Shown here piece after piece: positions 1-9,063 of a stretch of DNA of 64,000 bases. Made by a program: the position numbers and the translations under genes. Source of the DNA: Clostridia bacterium (GTDB taxonomy: Bacteria; Bacillota; Clostridia; Christensenellales; Aristaeellaceae); NCBI GenBank assembly GCA_017512805.1, contig JAFWES010000049.1, forward strand, positions 795 to 64,794, given 5' to 3'. Below the pieces are notes generated by a model, which ran no database searches, was not told where the DNA came from, and saw only the letters and a program-made list of their open reading frames with translations. Within the stretch, counting starts at the first letter, position 1, and every line of letters starts with the position of its first letter.

Positions 1-130
1 CCCGATCCGCGATCTTGTCCACGATCTGCTCGTCCAGATCCACCGCCAGCACTTCCTCGCCGCAGGCATACAGCTTCGCCGCGATTTCCGCCCCAAACCG
101 GCCTAACCCGATCACCACGTAGGATTTCAT
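1..130 (-). CDS. ktrA: KtrA/TrkA family K+ uptake RCK (NAD-binding) subunit, 5' part; runs off the window
   Basis: Manual translation from ATG at 130: MKSYVVIGLGRFGAEIAAKLYACGEEVLAVD (GxGxxG Rossmann motif), directly downstream of ktrB. Confidence 0.9.
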   Translation of the reverse strand, partial: MKSYVVIGLGRFGAEIAAKLYACGEEVLAVDLDEQIVDKIADR

Positions 131-150
131 CTGGTTTTCCCCTTTCGCTC

Positions 151-1521
151 TTATCCGATCAACAGCTCCGTATTCGCGTAGCGGTATTTTTCCCCCGCGG
201 GTTTCTTTTTCAGGAAGCCCATGCTGATGGTCAGGACGCCGACCCGGCCGAAATACATCAGCAGCATGATCAGTATTTTCGCGGCAGGGCTCATCCGCGC
301 CGTGCCCCCCGCCGTCAGCCCCACGGTCCCGATCGCGGACACGGACTCAAACAGCGCGTCCGTAAAATCCAGCGGGGAGGTCCCAGAAATCACGATCGCG
401 CTGAAAAAAGCCAAGGTGATCATCAGGATAAAAATCTGAAGGGCGTTCATGACATGATCGTCCGAGATCGTCCGGTGGAATACGCTGACCGTGCGGCGCC
501 CCCGCATCCTGCTCCACACGAACATCGCCAGCACCACGGATGTCACGGTTTTCAATCCACCCGCCGTAGAGCCGGAAGAGCCTCCGATCAGCATCAGGAA
601 CAGCGAAAGCCCTTTTCCGGCAGGCGTCAGCGATCCCTGATCCAGGGCGGCAAATCCCGCTGTCCGCAGGGTCACCGACTGAAAAAAGCCGGCCAGCAGT
701 TTCTTCCCCGCCGGCATCGGACCCAGCGTCGCGGGATTATTCCATTCCAGCAGGCAGGTCGCCGCCATGCCCGCCGCCAGCAGGATCCCCGAGGTGATCA
801 GGACCAGCCTGGTGTACACGCTCCATTTGGAAGGGTGCCTTTCCCGCAGCACTTCATCCCAGACCAGAAAGCCTAATCCGCCGAGGATCACCAGCATCGC
901 CAGGATCAGGCAGACCGCCGGATCCTCCCGATAGGTGATCAGGCTGCCCCCGGGGGCCCGAAAGCCCAGAATATCGAATCCCGCGTTGCAAAAGGCCGAT
1001 ACCGCGTGGAAAATGCCCAGCTTCACCGCCTGCGGAAGCGGATATTCCGCCAGGAACCGCGCCGTCAGAAGGGCGGCTCCCGCCCCCTCGACCGCGAACG
1101 CCCGGATCAGCAGCCTTTTCTGATGGATCACCACGTCGCCCATGTTCTGAACGCCGATGGCCTCCGCCATGACCATCTGCTGCTGGATGGAAACCTTCCG
1201 CCGCAGGCTGAAGTACGCAAGGGAGGCCGCGGACATAAATCCCAGCCCCCCGATCTGGATCATCAGCAGAATCACCGTCTGCCCGAACCCGCTCCACTGG
1301 GTCCAGGTATCCGCCAGGGTCAGCCCGGTCACGCATGTGGCGGATGTCGCCGTAAAGAGGGACACCATCGCCCCGGCCGGCCTCCCGTCCCGGGAAGCCG
1401 CCGGCAGATTCAGCAGGGCCGCTCCAAACAGAATGATTCCCAAAAAAGTCAGCGCCATCACCCTGCTGATGGAAACAGCCCGCCGTGCCGCCTTCTTCCG
1501 TTTCCGGGTCAGATCAGACAT
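151..1521 (-). CDS. ktrB: KtrB/TrkH family K+ uptake membrane subunit
   Basis: Pore-loop motifs SATCVTGL, FCNAGF, RTAGF, GGSSGSTAGG, GTVGL; start placed at MSDLT after an AAGGGG RBS. Confidence 0.92.
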   Translation of the reverse strand: MSDLTRKRKKAARRAVSISRVMALTFLGIILFGAALLNLPAASRDGRPAGAMVSLFTATSATCVTGLTLADTWTQWSGFGQTVILLMIQIGGLGFMSAASLAYFSLRRKVSIQQQMVMAEAIGVQNMGDVVIHQKRLLIRAFAVEGAGAALLTARFLAEYPLPQAVKLGIFHAVSAFCNAGFDILGFRAPGGSLITYREDPAVCLILAMLVILGGLGFLVWDEVLRERHPSKWSVYTRLVLITSGILLAAGMAATCLLEWNNPATLGPMPAGKKLLAGFFQSVTLRTAGFAALDQGSLTPAGKGLSLFLMLIGGSSGSTAGGLKTVTSVVLAMFVWSRMRGRRTVSVFHRTISDDHVMNALQIFILMITLAFFSAIVISGTSPLDFTDALFESVSAIGTVGLTAGGTARMSPAAKILIMLLMYFGRVGVLTISMGFLKKKPAGEKYRYANTELLIG

Positions 1522-1633
1522 AAAACGTATTTCCCCTTTCCGTCCCTGAGGGCGTCCGTTCGTTTCCTGCCCGTCCCCGCCCGGAACCCATGATATCACA
1601 ATCGGATTCTCTTTTCCACTCCGGGACCGTTCC

Positions 1634-2203
1634 TTACCTGGCAGCTCTCAGCTTCGCCAGAATTCCGGCGCTCTTCAGCGCCGGCCGCATCGCGTGGTAG
1701 AAGATCGGCGCCGCCACGATGGCTGCCCCGGCGTTGATGATGGATGCCGGGAACTTGCTGATCACCGGCGCCCAGAAATTCCCCGCGATGGCTCCGTAAA
1801 TCCCGGATTTCAGCATGTACAGCACCACATAGGTCAGCGCTCCCGCCACGCAGGCCAGGATCAGCCGGGGCGTGTCGACCTTCTTTTCTTCCGCCCCGTT
1901 GTACAGCTTCCCGCAGACCCAGGCCATGGCAAACTTGCTGACAAAGGTGATCAGAAGGTTGATGATCCCTTCATTATACAGCATCAGATCATACAGCGCG
2001 GATCCCATACCCGCCGCGAATCCGCCCCACACCGGGCCCAGCAGCAGCCCGCTCAGCAGGCAGACCGCGTTGGCAAAATGCACTTTGGAACCCAGCAGGG
2101 GGAACCGGAACATGGTAACCAGATAGACCATGGCCGCCAGCACCGCCGCGAACACCAGCCGCAGCAAAGACGCGTTACTCCTGTCAGAACCCTGACTCAT
2201 CAT
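1634..2203 (-). CDS. ECF transporter S component, probably vitamin B6 (PdxU/HmpT-like)
   Basis: 189-aa hydrophobic protein with VHFAN...LLGPVWGGFAAGMGSALYD; divergent from a MocR regulator. Substrate is inferred. Confidence 0.8.
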   Translation of the reverse strand: MMSQGSDRSNASLLRLVFAAVLAAMVYLVTMFRFPLLGSKVHFANAVCLLSGLLLGPVWGGFAAGMGSALYDLMLYNEGIINLLITFVSKFAMAWVCGKLYNGAEEKKVDTPRLILACVAGALTYVVLYMLKSGIYGAIAGNFWAPVISKFPASIINAGAAIVAAPIFYHAMRPALKSAGILAKLRAAR

Positions 2204-2232
2204 TCATCCCTCCTTGACGAAATCTTGCGGGA

Positions 2233-2296
2233 AGTATAAACTGGATTTGGCTTTGTGGAAAGGCCCAGAACGTAAGAAAAATATAAGGCCAGTTTA
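2233..2296. promoter_or_regulatory. Putative MocR/PdxR operator overlapping the ECF-S promoter
   Basis: Perfect inverted repeat TAAACTGG (2237-2244)/CCAGTTTA (2289-2296), an imperfect third copy at 2261-2270, and a minus-strand -10 TATACT at 2233-2238. Confidence 0.65.
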
Positions 2297-2329
2297 AACC
2301 GCATGCTTGATCGTACGGGAGGGTGTCCT

Positions 2330-3436
2330 ATGGATGAAAGTCTCAGGTCCAAATCACCTCTGTATCTGCAGGTCTATCTCCGCCTGCGGGAGGAAATCAC
2401 GCGGGGGGAGCGCCGCCCCGGAGATAAGCTTCCCGGCCGGCGCCAGCTGGCCCGGGAGGAGAACGTCAGTATCGTGACCGTGGAGCACAGCCTGGAGCTT
2501 CTCTGTCAGGAAGGATATGTGGAAGCCCGCCCGAAAAGCGGATACTATGTGATCTACCGCCGGGCGGACAGCTTCATCCCCGGCGGGCTCTCCGAAGCAT
2601 CCGTTCCGGCGCCGGCGCCGGACCCGGACATGCCGGCGTCCTCGGAGCCCTCGGAGGAATTTCCCTTCCCGACCCTGGCCCGCACCATGCGGCGGGTTCT
2701 GACGGAATACGGCGAACGAATTCTGCGGAAGACGTCCAATTCCGGCGCTCCGGAGCTGCGGGAAGCGCTCTGCCGCTACCTGGGGCGGAACAGGGGCATT
2801 CATGTCCGGCCGGATCAGATCGTCATCGGGGCCGGGGCGGAATATCTTTACGGTCTCATCGGCATCATTCTGGGACAGGATCGGCTCTATGCCATCGAAT
2901 CCCCCTCCTACGCCAAAATCCGTCAGGTCTATGAGGCCCGGGGCATCCGCTGCGATCTCCTGCCACTGGGCCGGGACGGCATCCGTCCCGAGGCCCTGGA
3001 GCGAACGCGGGCCACCGTCCTGCATATTACGCCTTTTCGCAGCTACCCCAGCGGGGTGACCGCCTCCGCCACCCGCCGATCGGATTATCTCCGCTGGGCG
3101 GATCGGGAAGACCGTTATATCGTGGAGGATGATTTCGAATCCGAGTTTTCCCTCCTTCGCAAGCCGGAGGAAACGGTCTTTGCCCGGGCCTCCCGGGAAA
3201 ACGTCCTTTATCTGAACACGTTCTCCCGCACGTTCTCTCCCGCCCTCCGCGTAGGATACCTGGTTCTTCCCCGGCGGCTGCTTCCCGTCTTCCAAAGCCG
3301 CGCCGGTTTTTTCTCCTGCACCGTCCCGACCTTCGAGCAATACGTCCTCACCGAGCTTCTTAACAGCGGGGATTTCGAACGGCATATCAATCGGGTTCGC
3401 CGCGGCCGCAGAAAAGCCTCCGCCTCGGTCGGTTGA
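2330..3436 (+). CDS. MocR/GabR (PdxR-like) GntR-aminotransferase-domain transcriptional regulator
   Basis: N-terminal GntR wHTH (LYLQVY...KLPGRRQLA...GYVEARPKSGYYV) plus AAT domain (IVEDDFESEF, TFSRTFSPALRVGY); start after GGGAGG. Confidence 0.9.
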   Translation: MDESLRSKSPLYLQVYLRLREEITRGERRPGDKLPGRRQLAREENVSIVTVEHSLELLCQEGYVEARPKSGYYVIYRRADSFIPGGLSEASVPAPAPDPDMPASSEPSEEFPFPTLARTMRRVLTEYGERILRKTSNSGAPELREALCRYLGRNRGIHVRPDQIVIGAGAEYLYGLIGIILGQDRLYAIESPSYAKIRQVYEARGIRCDLLPLGRDGIRPEALERTRATVLHITPFRSYPSGVTASATRRSDYLRWADREDRYIVEDDFESEFSLLRKPEETVFARASRENVLYLNTFSRTFSPALRVGYLVLPRRLLPVFQSRAGFFSCTVPTFEQYVLTELLNSGDFERHINRVRRGRRKASASVG

Positions 3437-3493
3437 TCGCATGTATCTGATGTTCCGGGACGGCTCAGTCGCTGCGCTTGCAAGACCGAACCG

Positions 3494-3979
3494 TTACGAT
3501 GATACGAGAAGATCAGCTGCTGCGCAGCCCGTGATTCTGATTAAATCGCCGGGCGCCAGCTCAATCTGGGCGCCGACTTTTCCGGCGCTGACGCAGACGG
3601 TTTCGTATGCTTTTGCCGTTTCGTGCAGAAAGGTCGGAAAGGCTTTTTTCATCCCGATGGGGGAACAGCCCCCGTGCACATATCCCGTCAGGGGCAGCAG
3701 CTCCTTCTGGTGAATCATGGCGATGGCTTTTTCCCCGGAGGCTTTGGCGGCTTTTTTCAGATCCAGTTCCCCGCCCACGGGAATCACAAAGACATAGTAG
3801 GCCCCGGATTTGCCCCGGGTCACCAGGGTCTTGAAGACCCTCGCCGGATCCTCCCCCAGCAGGCCCGCGATCTGCTCTCCCGTCATGGTGGCATCCGGCT
3901 CGTAGGTATGGGCGGTATAGGAAATCTTTTTGCTGTCCAGGATCCGCATGACGTTGGTCTTGTCGTTATTATTCTTCAT
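3494..3979 (-). CDS. ybaK: Cys-tRNA(Pro) deacylase YbaK/EbsC
   Basis: KTNVMRILD, VFKTLV, LDLKKAAKA, TGYVHGGCSPIG motifs. Confidence 0.93.
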   Translation of the reverse strand: MKNNNDKTNVMRILDSKKISYTAHTYEPDATMTGEQIAGLLGEDPARVFKTLVTRGKSGAYYVFVIPVGGELDLKKAAKASGEKAIAMIHQKELLPLTGYVHGGCSPIGMKKAFPTFLHETAKAYETVCVSAGKVGAQIELAPGDLIRITGCAAADLLVSS

Positions 3980-5450
3980 GATCTTCGCCCCGGCAGGAAA
4001 TCTTCAGCGTGTTGGCGCAAATGCTGGGCAGCTTTTCCGGCAGCGCCGCCGCCAGCACCCCCAGTTCCTGTTTCCAGGCCACCGGTCCGACGCCCAGCAG
4101 TTCCACGGATGTAACCCGATCCTTCCCGAAGCTCCGGAGCACCGCCGTCTCTCCGCCCTTCGCGCCCAGCATAAAGGCGTAGACCTGTCCGTCCTTTTGC
4201 GTGAACCGAAAATCGCTCCGGTTCCATTCGGTCTTTTCTTCCCGGAAGCCCTCGATGAGAACCCGGGTTTCTCCTTCCCCGAAGACCCGCCAAGGCCGGG
4301 TGCCGTAAACAGCCTCCCCGTTGATCTCGAACCATCCCGCCAGCTTCTCCAGAATGAAATCGGCGTCCTCGTCGATGCTCCCGTCCGGCCGCTGCAGGAT
4401 ATTCAGCAGCATGACCCCATTTTTGGAAATAATATCCACCAGCATTTCGATGATCTGCTCCGGGGACTTATAGGGATCCCGCACGTCGTAGAACCAGTTG
4501 CCGATACAGGTATCCGTATGCCAGGGCTCGGGCATGATTCCCGGCAGCTGGCTCTTCTCGATATCCAGCACCCCTACGCTGTAAATCTCCGGCCGGCGGT
4601 CCTTTTGCAGATAGACCGCCTGATTGCTCCCATGCTTTCCGATGGACGTATTGTACAGATGGGCCACCGCCTGCAGCCCCCACGCGTAATCCGCGTCCCG
4701 AATGTCCCGCTGATCTCCGATCCAGTGGTCTCCGAAGGGCAGCGCCCCGTCCGTATACAGAATCTCCGGCTGGAACCGATCCACCATCTCTTTTACGCAT
4801 TTCAGCCAATAGTCCCGGAAGGGACGATTCCCGGTATACCAGGGGCCGCAGTCCATGGGATTCTCCGTCCCATGCTCCTGATTGGCATGATAAAAATCCT
4901 GCCAGGCCGGATCGTTCCCGTCGTAGGGGACGCCGGCATAGGGACCGGTCCGGTCGCAGCCCTTGTTGACCCGCCACCAGGAGAAGGAGGCCCCCAGGTG
5001 CTCGCTCAGGCCGAAGGGCATCCCCTTCCTGTCCGCCGCCGCCTTCCACAGCGCCAGGATGTCCTTCTTCGGCCCCACGTTCACGCTGTTCATGCGGTTC
5101 ATCCGGGAGTCGTAGTTAAAAAAATGATCATGGTGCGTGGCCTGCGTCATCAGATATCGGGCGCCCGCCCTGTAATATTTTTCAATCAGCGCGTCGGGAT
5201 CAAAGTTTTCCGCCTTCCAAAGCGCGCAGATATCCTTATATCCGAATGTGGAAGGATGGCCGTAATGGCGGATATGGTATTCGTACTGAGGGGTCCCCTG
5301 GATATACATGTTCCGGGCATACCAGTCCCCGAACATGGGGACGCTCTGCGGTCCCCAATGGCTCCAGATTCCAAATTTCGCGTCCCGGAACCAATCCGGA
5401 GCGGTGTATTCCCGAAGGGAAGCAAACGTGGGTTCAAAGCGCGTATCCAT
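3969..5450 (-). CDS. Alpha-L-fucosidase (GH29), no signal peptide
   Basis: PDWFRDAKFGIWSHWG, HHDHF, W.TDTCIGNWFY, VDIISKNG.MLLN, NGEAVYGTRPW. Confidence 0.92.
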   Translation of the reverse strand: MDTRFEPTFASLREYTAPDWFRDAKFGIWSHWGPQSVPMFGDWYARNMYIQGTPQYEYHIRHYGHPSTFGYKDICALWKAENFDPDALIEKYYRAGARYLMTQATHHDHFFNYDSRMNRMNSVNVGPKKDILALWKAAADRKGMPFGLSEHLGASFSWWRVNKGCDRTGPYAGVPYDGNDPAWQDFYHANQEHGTENPMDCGPWYTGNRPFRDYWLKCVKEMVDRFQPEILYTDGALPFGDHWIGDQRDIRDADYAWGLQAVAHLYNTSIGKHGSNQAVYLQKDRRPEIYSVGVLDIEKSQLPGIMPEPWHTDTCIGNWFYDVRDPYKSPEQIIEMLVDIISKNGVMLLNILQRPDGSIDEDADFILEKLAGWFEINGEAVYGTRPWRVFGEGETRVLIEGFREEKTEWNRSDFRFTQKDGQVYAFMLGAKGGETAVLRSFGKDRVTSVELLGVGPVAWKQELGVLAAALPEKLPSICANTLKISCRGEDHEE

Positions 5451-5508
5451 CCTTTATGACCTCCTGCGATGCGTTTTTTCATGGGATTTCAGTTGAGAGC
5501 GGAGCGGT

Positions 5509-6264
5509 TCATTCTTTACAACGCTGTGGAAGAGCTCCCGCGAGGGGATCCCGCTTTGGAACTCCGGCCTTCCGGGGGTATTTTCGAGGGGTCGCCCCGG
5601 TTTTCAATACCGGCAGAATCCGGTGATCCCAGTCCCTGCCCTCCACCGGACACGCCAGGGGCTCCTCCGTCCTTCCGCCCAGCAGGAAGGCGGCTCTTCT
5701 GCCGCTTTCCATCTCCTCCGCCAGGCCGGGCCCCTTCCAGCAAAGCATCCTCCCCCCCACCCGGACATAGGGCAGCAGCAGCTCGCAGAGCACGTTCAAA
5801 GGCGCCACCGCCCGGGCGCAGGCGAGGTCGAATTGTTCCCTCAGTTCCGGCTGCCGGGCCCCGTCTTCCGCCCGGACATGCACAAGGGTCACGTTCCGGG
5901 TACCGGTTTCCGTCCGCACCGTCTCCAGGAAGGACAGCCTTTTCTGCTGGCTGTCCAGCAGGGTCACCCGGGCCTCCGGCAGCGCCATGGCCAGCACCAT
6001 GCCGGGAAAGCCCGCTCCGGTTCCCACGTCGATGAGGGTCGGCGCCCCCGTCACCAGCCCCGTCCGCAAAACCGTCAGGCTGTCGGTAAAGTGCCGGTCC
6101 AGCAGGTCCGCTTCTCCTTCCACCGCCGTCAGATCCATCTTTTCGTTCCACGCCCGCAGCAGCCGCAAATAAACCGCCAGCTTCCCCGGGAGTTCCGAAT
6201 GAAAGGGAATCCGGTTCGCCTCCAGCCGGGCGGCAATCATCCTTTCATGATCCCTTTCCATCAT
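5509..6264 (-). CDS. rsmG: 16S rRNA m7G527 methyltransferase RsmG (GidB)
   Basis: WNEKMDLTA, HFTDSL, DVGTGAGFPG, ARAVA, YPRKAG. Confidence 0.95.
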   Translation of the reverse strand: MMERDHERMIAARLEANRIPFHSELPGKLAVYLRLLRAWNEKMDLTAVEGEADLLDRHFTDSLTVLRTGLVTGAPTLIDVGTGAGFPGMVLAMALPEARVTLLDSQQKRLSFLETVRTETGTRNVTLVHVRAEDGARQPELREQFDLACARAVAPLNVLCELLLPYVRVGGRMLCWKGPGLAEEMESGRRAAFLLGGRTEEPLACPVEGRDWDHRILPVLKTGATPRKYPRKAGVPKRDPLAGALPQRCKE

Positions 6265-6878
6265 CCGAACACCTTCTGCAGCCAGTATTTGACCCAGGAC
6301 AGCGCCTCCCGGGCATGATTCTTGATACAGTATTCCGGCTTGCAGGGAGAACCCATTCCTGCCGTCTCCAGGCCGGCGTCCCGGGCGATGGCCATGGCCC
6401 GGGGCAGATGATAGTCGCTGGTGACGATCATCACCTTATTCACGTCCCCCCGTTCCCGCAGAAGGCGGGCGGCGTTCCGGATGTTCTCACGGGTATTGAA
6501 GGAATCGGGATCCGTCAGAATCATTTCCGCCGGCACCCCGTGGGCCGTCAGATAGGTCTTCATGGCCTCGGCCTCCGTCAGAGGCTCGTCCTTTCCCTGA
6601 GCGCCGCAGACCACGATGGGAACCTGCTTTTTCTCCCAGATCCGCAGGGCCGTATCCAGCCGCCACTGCAGCTGGGTATTGGGTTCCCCGCTGGGAAGAA
6701 CCTGCGCCCCCAAAACCACGATGGCGTCGTAATCGTCCTTCATCTCTTCCATGGGTCTGTTCACCTGATGCTCCCGGATCACCACAAAGCCGACCAGTCC
6801 CGCATAGCACAGTACCCCGGCCAGAATCAGCATTCCCAGCCATCTCAGTCCTCTGTGACCCTGTTTTTTCCCTCGCAT
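6261..6878 (-). CDS. YdcF/SanA (DUF218) family membrane-anchored protein
   Basis: N-terminal TM; IVVLGA, EAEAM, S.NTRENI, VTSDYHLPRA. Confidence 0.88.
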   Translation of the reverse strand: MRGKKQGHRGLRWLGMLILAGVLCYAGLVGFVVIREHQVNRPMEEMKDDYDAIVVLGAQVLPSGEPNTQLQWRLDTALRIWEKKQVPIVVCGAQGKDEPLTEAEAMKTYLTAHGVPAEMILTDPDSFNTRENIRNAARLLRERGDVNKVMIVTSDYHLPRAMAIARDAGLETAGMGSPCKPEYCIKNHAREALSWVKYWLQKVFG

Positions 6879-6899
6879 ATCCGGTCCTCTCTCCCGGGC

Positions 6900-7814
6900 T
6901 CAGGCCCGCCCCCGGGCGCCGAATTCGATGTCCCCATGCTGCGCCATGCTGTATGTATTGGCCCCGGCGATGATCATATGATCCAGCACCAGGATCCCCA
7001 GGCCCCCCAGCAGCCTTTGCAGCTGCAGCGTGGAGGAAATATCCTCCGCCGACGGGGCGCATGTGCCGCCCGGATGGTTGTGACAGAAGAACACGCTGTG
7101 CGCGTTATAGTTCAGAGCGGTTTCCACAACCAGCCGCGGATAGGCGGAGACCTCGCTCAGCGATCCTTCGGAGATCATCCGGCACCCAATCACCCGGCAC
7201 TGGGCGTTGACGCAGATCACCCAGAACGCCTCCACTCTTTTCCCCAGCTCCAGGCTCTTGCAGAAGTACTCCAGCTCCCGCCTGTTGGCGATCTGTCTGG
7301 GATCCTGCATCTCGCACTTCATGACGACCCGGGTCAGGGGCAGCATCATGGAAATAAAGGTGGCCTGCAGCTCCCCCACGCCTTCGACGGTCTTCAGCTG
7401 CTCCGTCCGGGCTTCGAAAACGCCTTTCAGGTTCCCAAAGGTCTCCAGCAGGGCCTTGGCCTCCCCTTTGGTATCCTTCCGGGGACTGGCGTAGGACAGC
7501 AGCAGCTCCAGCACCTCGTGGTCACTGAATCCGTCAAAGCCCTGCGCCTCCCGAAACCGCTGACGCATCCGGGCCTTGTGCCCCGCGTTCGGATTCTTCG
7601 GCTTTGCTTTCTTCCCCTCCCCGGCCTCCGGAGCCGCCTGCGTGTCCGACGCCGGATCATTTTCCCTCATCAGGGCCGGATCCGCGGTTCTATTCTGTTC
7701 AGTGTCTTGCGGATCCATGTACCAGATTTCCCCCTCCGTATTCCGGACGGTTTCCTTCTCCTTCGACGCTTTCCTCATCCGTGCCATCGTCCGCTCCTCC
7801 ATGATCCCTTCCAA
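6900..7814 (-). CDS. radC: RadC family JAB-domain protein (start uncertain)
   Basis: GHKARMRQRF, HEVLELLL, HhH GVGE, HNHPGG...PSAED, VLDHMII. Confidence 0.92.
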   Translation of the reverse strand: MEGIMEERTMARMRKASKEKETVRNTEGEIWYMDPQDTEQNRTADPALMRENDPASDTQAAPEAGEGKKAKPKNPNAGHKARMRQRFREAQGFDGFSDHEVLELLLSYASPRKDTKGEAKALLETFGNLKGVFEARTEQLKTVEGVGELQATFISMMLPLTRVVMKCEMQDPRQIANRRELEYFCKSLELGKRVEAFWVICVNAQCRVIGCRMISEGSLSEVSAYPRLVVETALNYNAHSVFFCHNHPGGTCAPSAEDISSTLQLQRLLGGLGILVLDHMIIAGANTYSMAQHGDIEFGARGRA

Positions 7815-7847
7815 AGCCTGTTCCCGCCGCGCGGTCAGCCGCCGGAC

Positions 7848-9053
7848 TTACGTTCCGTAATACCTCCAGATATCGAGACAGGCCTGCTTTTCCATCTCCG
7901 GCAGGGGAATAAACGCCCGCCGATAAACCGCTCTGATCTGATCCCGGGTCAGCGCCATGGGATGGTTGCCGATCCGCTCCACATTCACCGAATCCGTCAG
8001 TTCATTCAGCATTTCGTCCGTCGGCCGCTCGGGAAGGGGCATCTCCATCTCCAGCATCATCCCCCGGATCAGCCTGGAACCCATGGAAGGATCTCCCAGC
8101 CGCATCCGGCTGGCCAGCCCTGCCATCAGATCCCGGGTCTCTTCGTTTTCGGTCAGCAGATCCCACAGCACGGGCAGGGTCAGCGCGCATGCATGTCCGT
8201 GGGCCAGCCCCATCCGCTGGGTGATCTGGTAGCTCATGGCATGCGCCGCGGTGGTCCGTGTATGGAAGATCGCCCTGCCGCTCTGGTAGCTGGCGTCCAT
8301 CATCTGCTCCGCCGCGCGGGGATCCCCCGCCAGGTACCCCTTCAGGTTATCCAGCACGCCCTGGAACGCCAGGAAGGCATGAACCCGGCTGTCCTCGGTG
8401 GCCGCCCTGGCCCAGTAGCTCTCCACCCCCTGACAGAAAGCGTCCAGGGCGCTGGACTTCTTGTGATACAGGGGCAGGGTGTCCAGCAGCGCCGCGTCGA
8501 GAATCACCCCCTCCGGCAGCAGGGCCGGATGGCTCACATTCAGTTTTTTTCCCTTTTCATAGACCACCGCCGCGGCCGTGGCTTCCGCGCCGCTGCCCGC
8601 CGTTCCGGGGATCGCCAGGTGCGGAACGGAGCCCGTGTTCCGCTGCCGCAGCGTCCGTTCCTTCAGCGCCCGGAGGCTGGTGATCTTTTCCGGCGCCGCG
8701 TCCGAACCCTCCGGGACGCGCAGACCGCCCCTCTTCAGCGCCTCGTAGCTCCCGGCGTACAGCCAGGCCTTCACGGCTTTGGCGGTATCCATGGCGGAGC
8801 CGCCGCCGATCGAGATCAGCCCGTCGCAGCCCGCCTCCCGGTACATCCGAACCCCGGCTTCCGCGTCGGAAAGATCCGGATTGGGATGATATCCGGTAAA
8901 CACCGGCGCCTCCATGGGCAGGAACTGTTTCAGCCGGGGAATCAGGTGCTTCGATCCTACGATCAGAGGTTTGCCGATCCCCATCTTTTCCGCCGTTTCT
9001 CCCGCCCGGCGGATGCTGTCCCGCCCTCGGATGACCATTTGTATCACCGCCAT
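7848..9053 (-). CDS. Iron-containing alcohol dehydrogenase, phosphonoacetaldehyde reductase-like
   Basis: GGGSAMDTAK, IPGTAGSGAEAT, TRTTAAHAMSY...GLAHGHAC; start MAVIQ after GGAGG. Confidence 0.8.
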   Translation of the reverse strand: MAVIQMVIRGRDSIRRAGETAEKMGIGKPLIVGSKHLIPRLKQFLPMEAPVFTGYHPNPDLSDAEAGVRMYREAGCDGLISIGGGSAMDTAKAVKAWLYAGSYEALKRGGLRVPEGSDAAPEKITSLRALKERTLRQRNTGSVPHLAIPGTAGSGAEATAAAVVYEKGKKLNVSHPALLPEGVILDAALLDTLPLYHKKSSALDAFCQGVESYWARAATEDSRVHAFLAFQGVLDNLKGYLAGDPRAAEQMMDASYQSGRAIFHTRTTAAHAMSYQITQRMGLAHGHACALTLPVLWDLLTENEETRDLMAGLASRMRLGDPSMGSRLIRGMMLEMEMPLPERPTDEMLNELTDSVNVERIGNHPMALTRDQIRAVYRRAFIPLPEMEKQACLDIWRYYGT

Positions 9054-9063
9054 ACGCCTCCCT

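Noticed and set aside
1522-1633. Possible c-di-AMP riboswitch upstream of ktrB
   Set aside because: Region is too short and lacks the conserved ydaO motifs
6900-7814. radC as a marker of a mobile element
   Set aside because: Chromosomal HhH+JAB type inside a housekeeping run; no integrase, transposase or att sites seen
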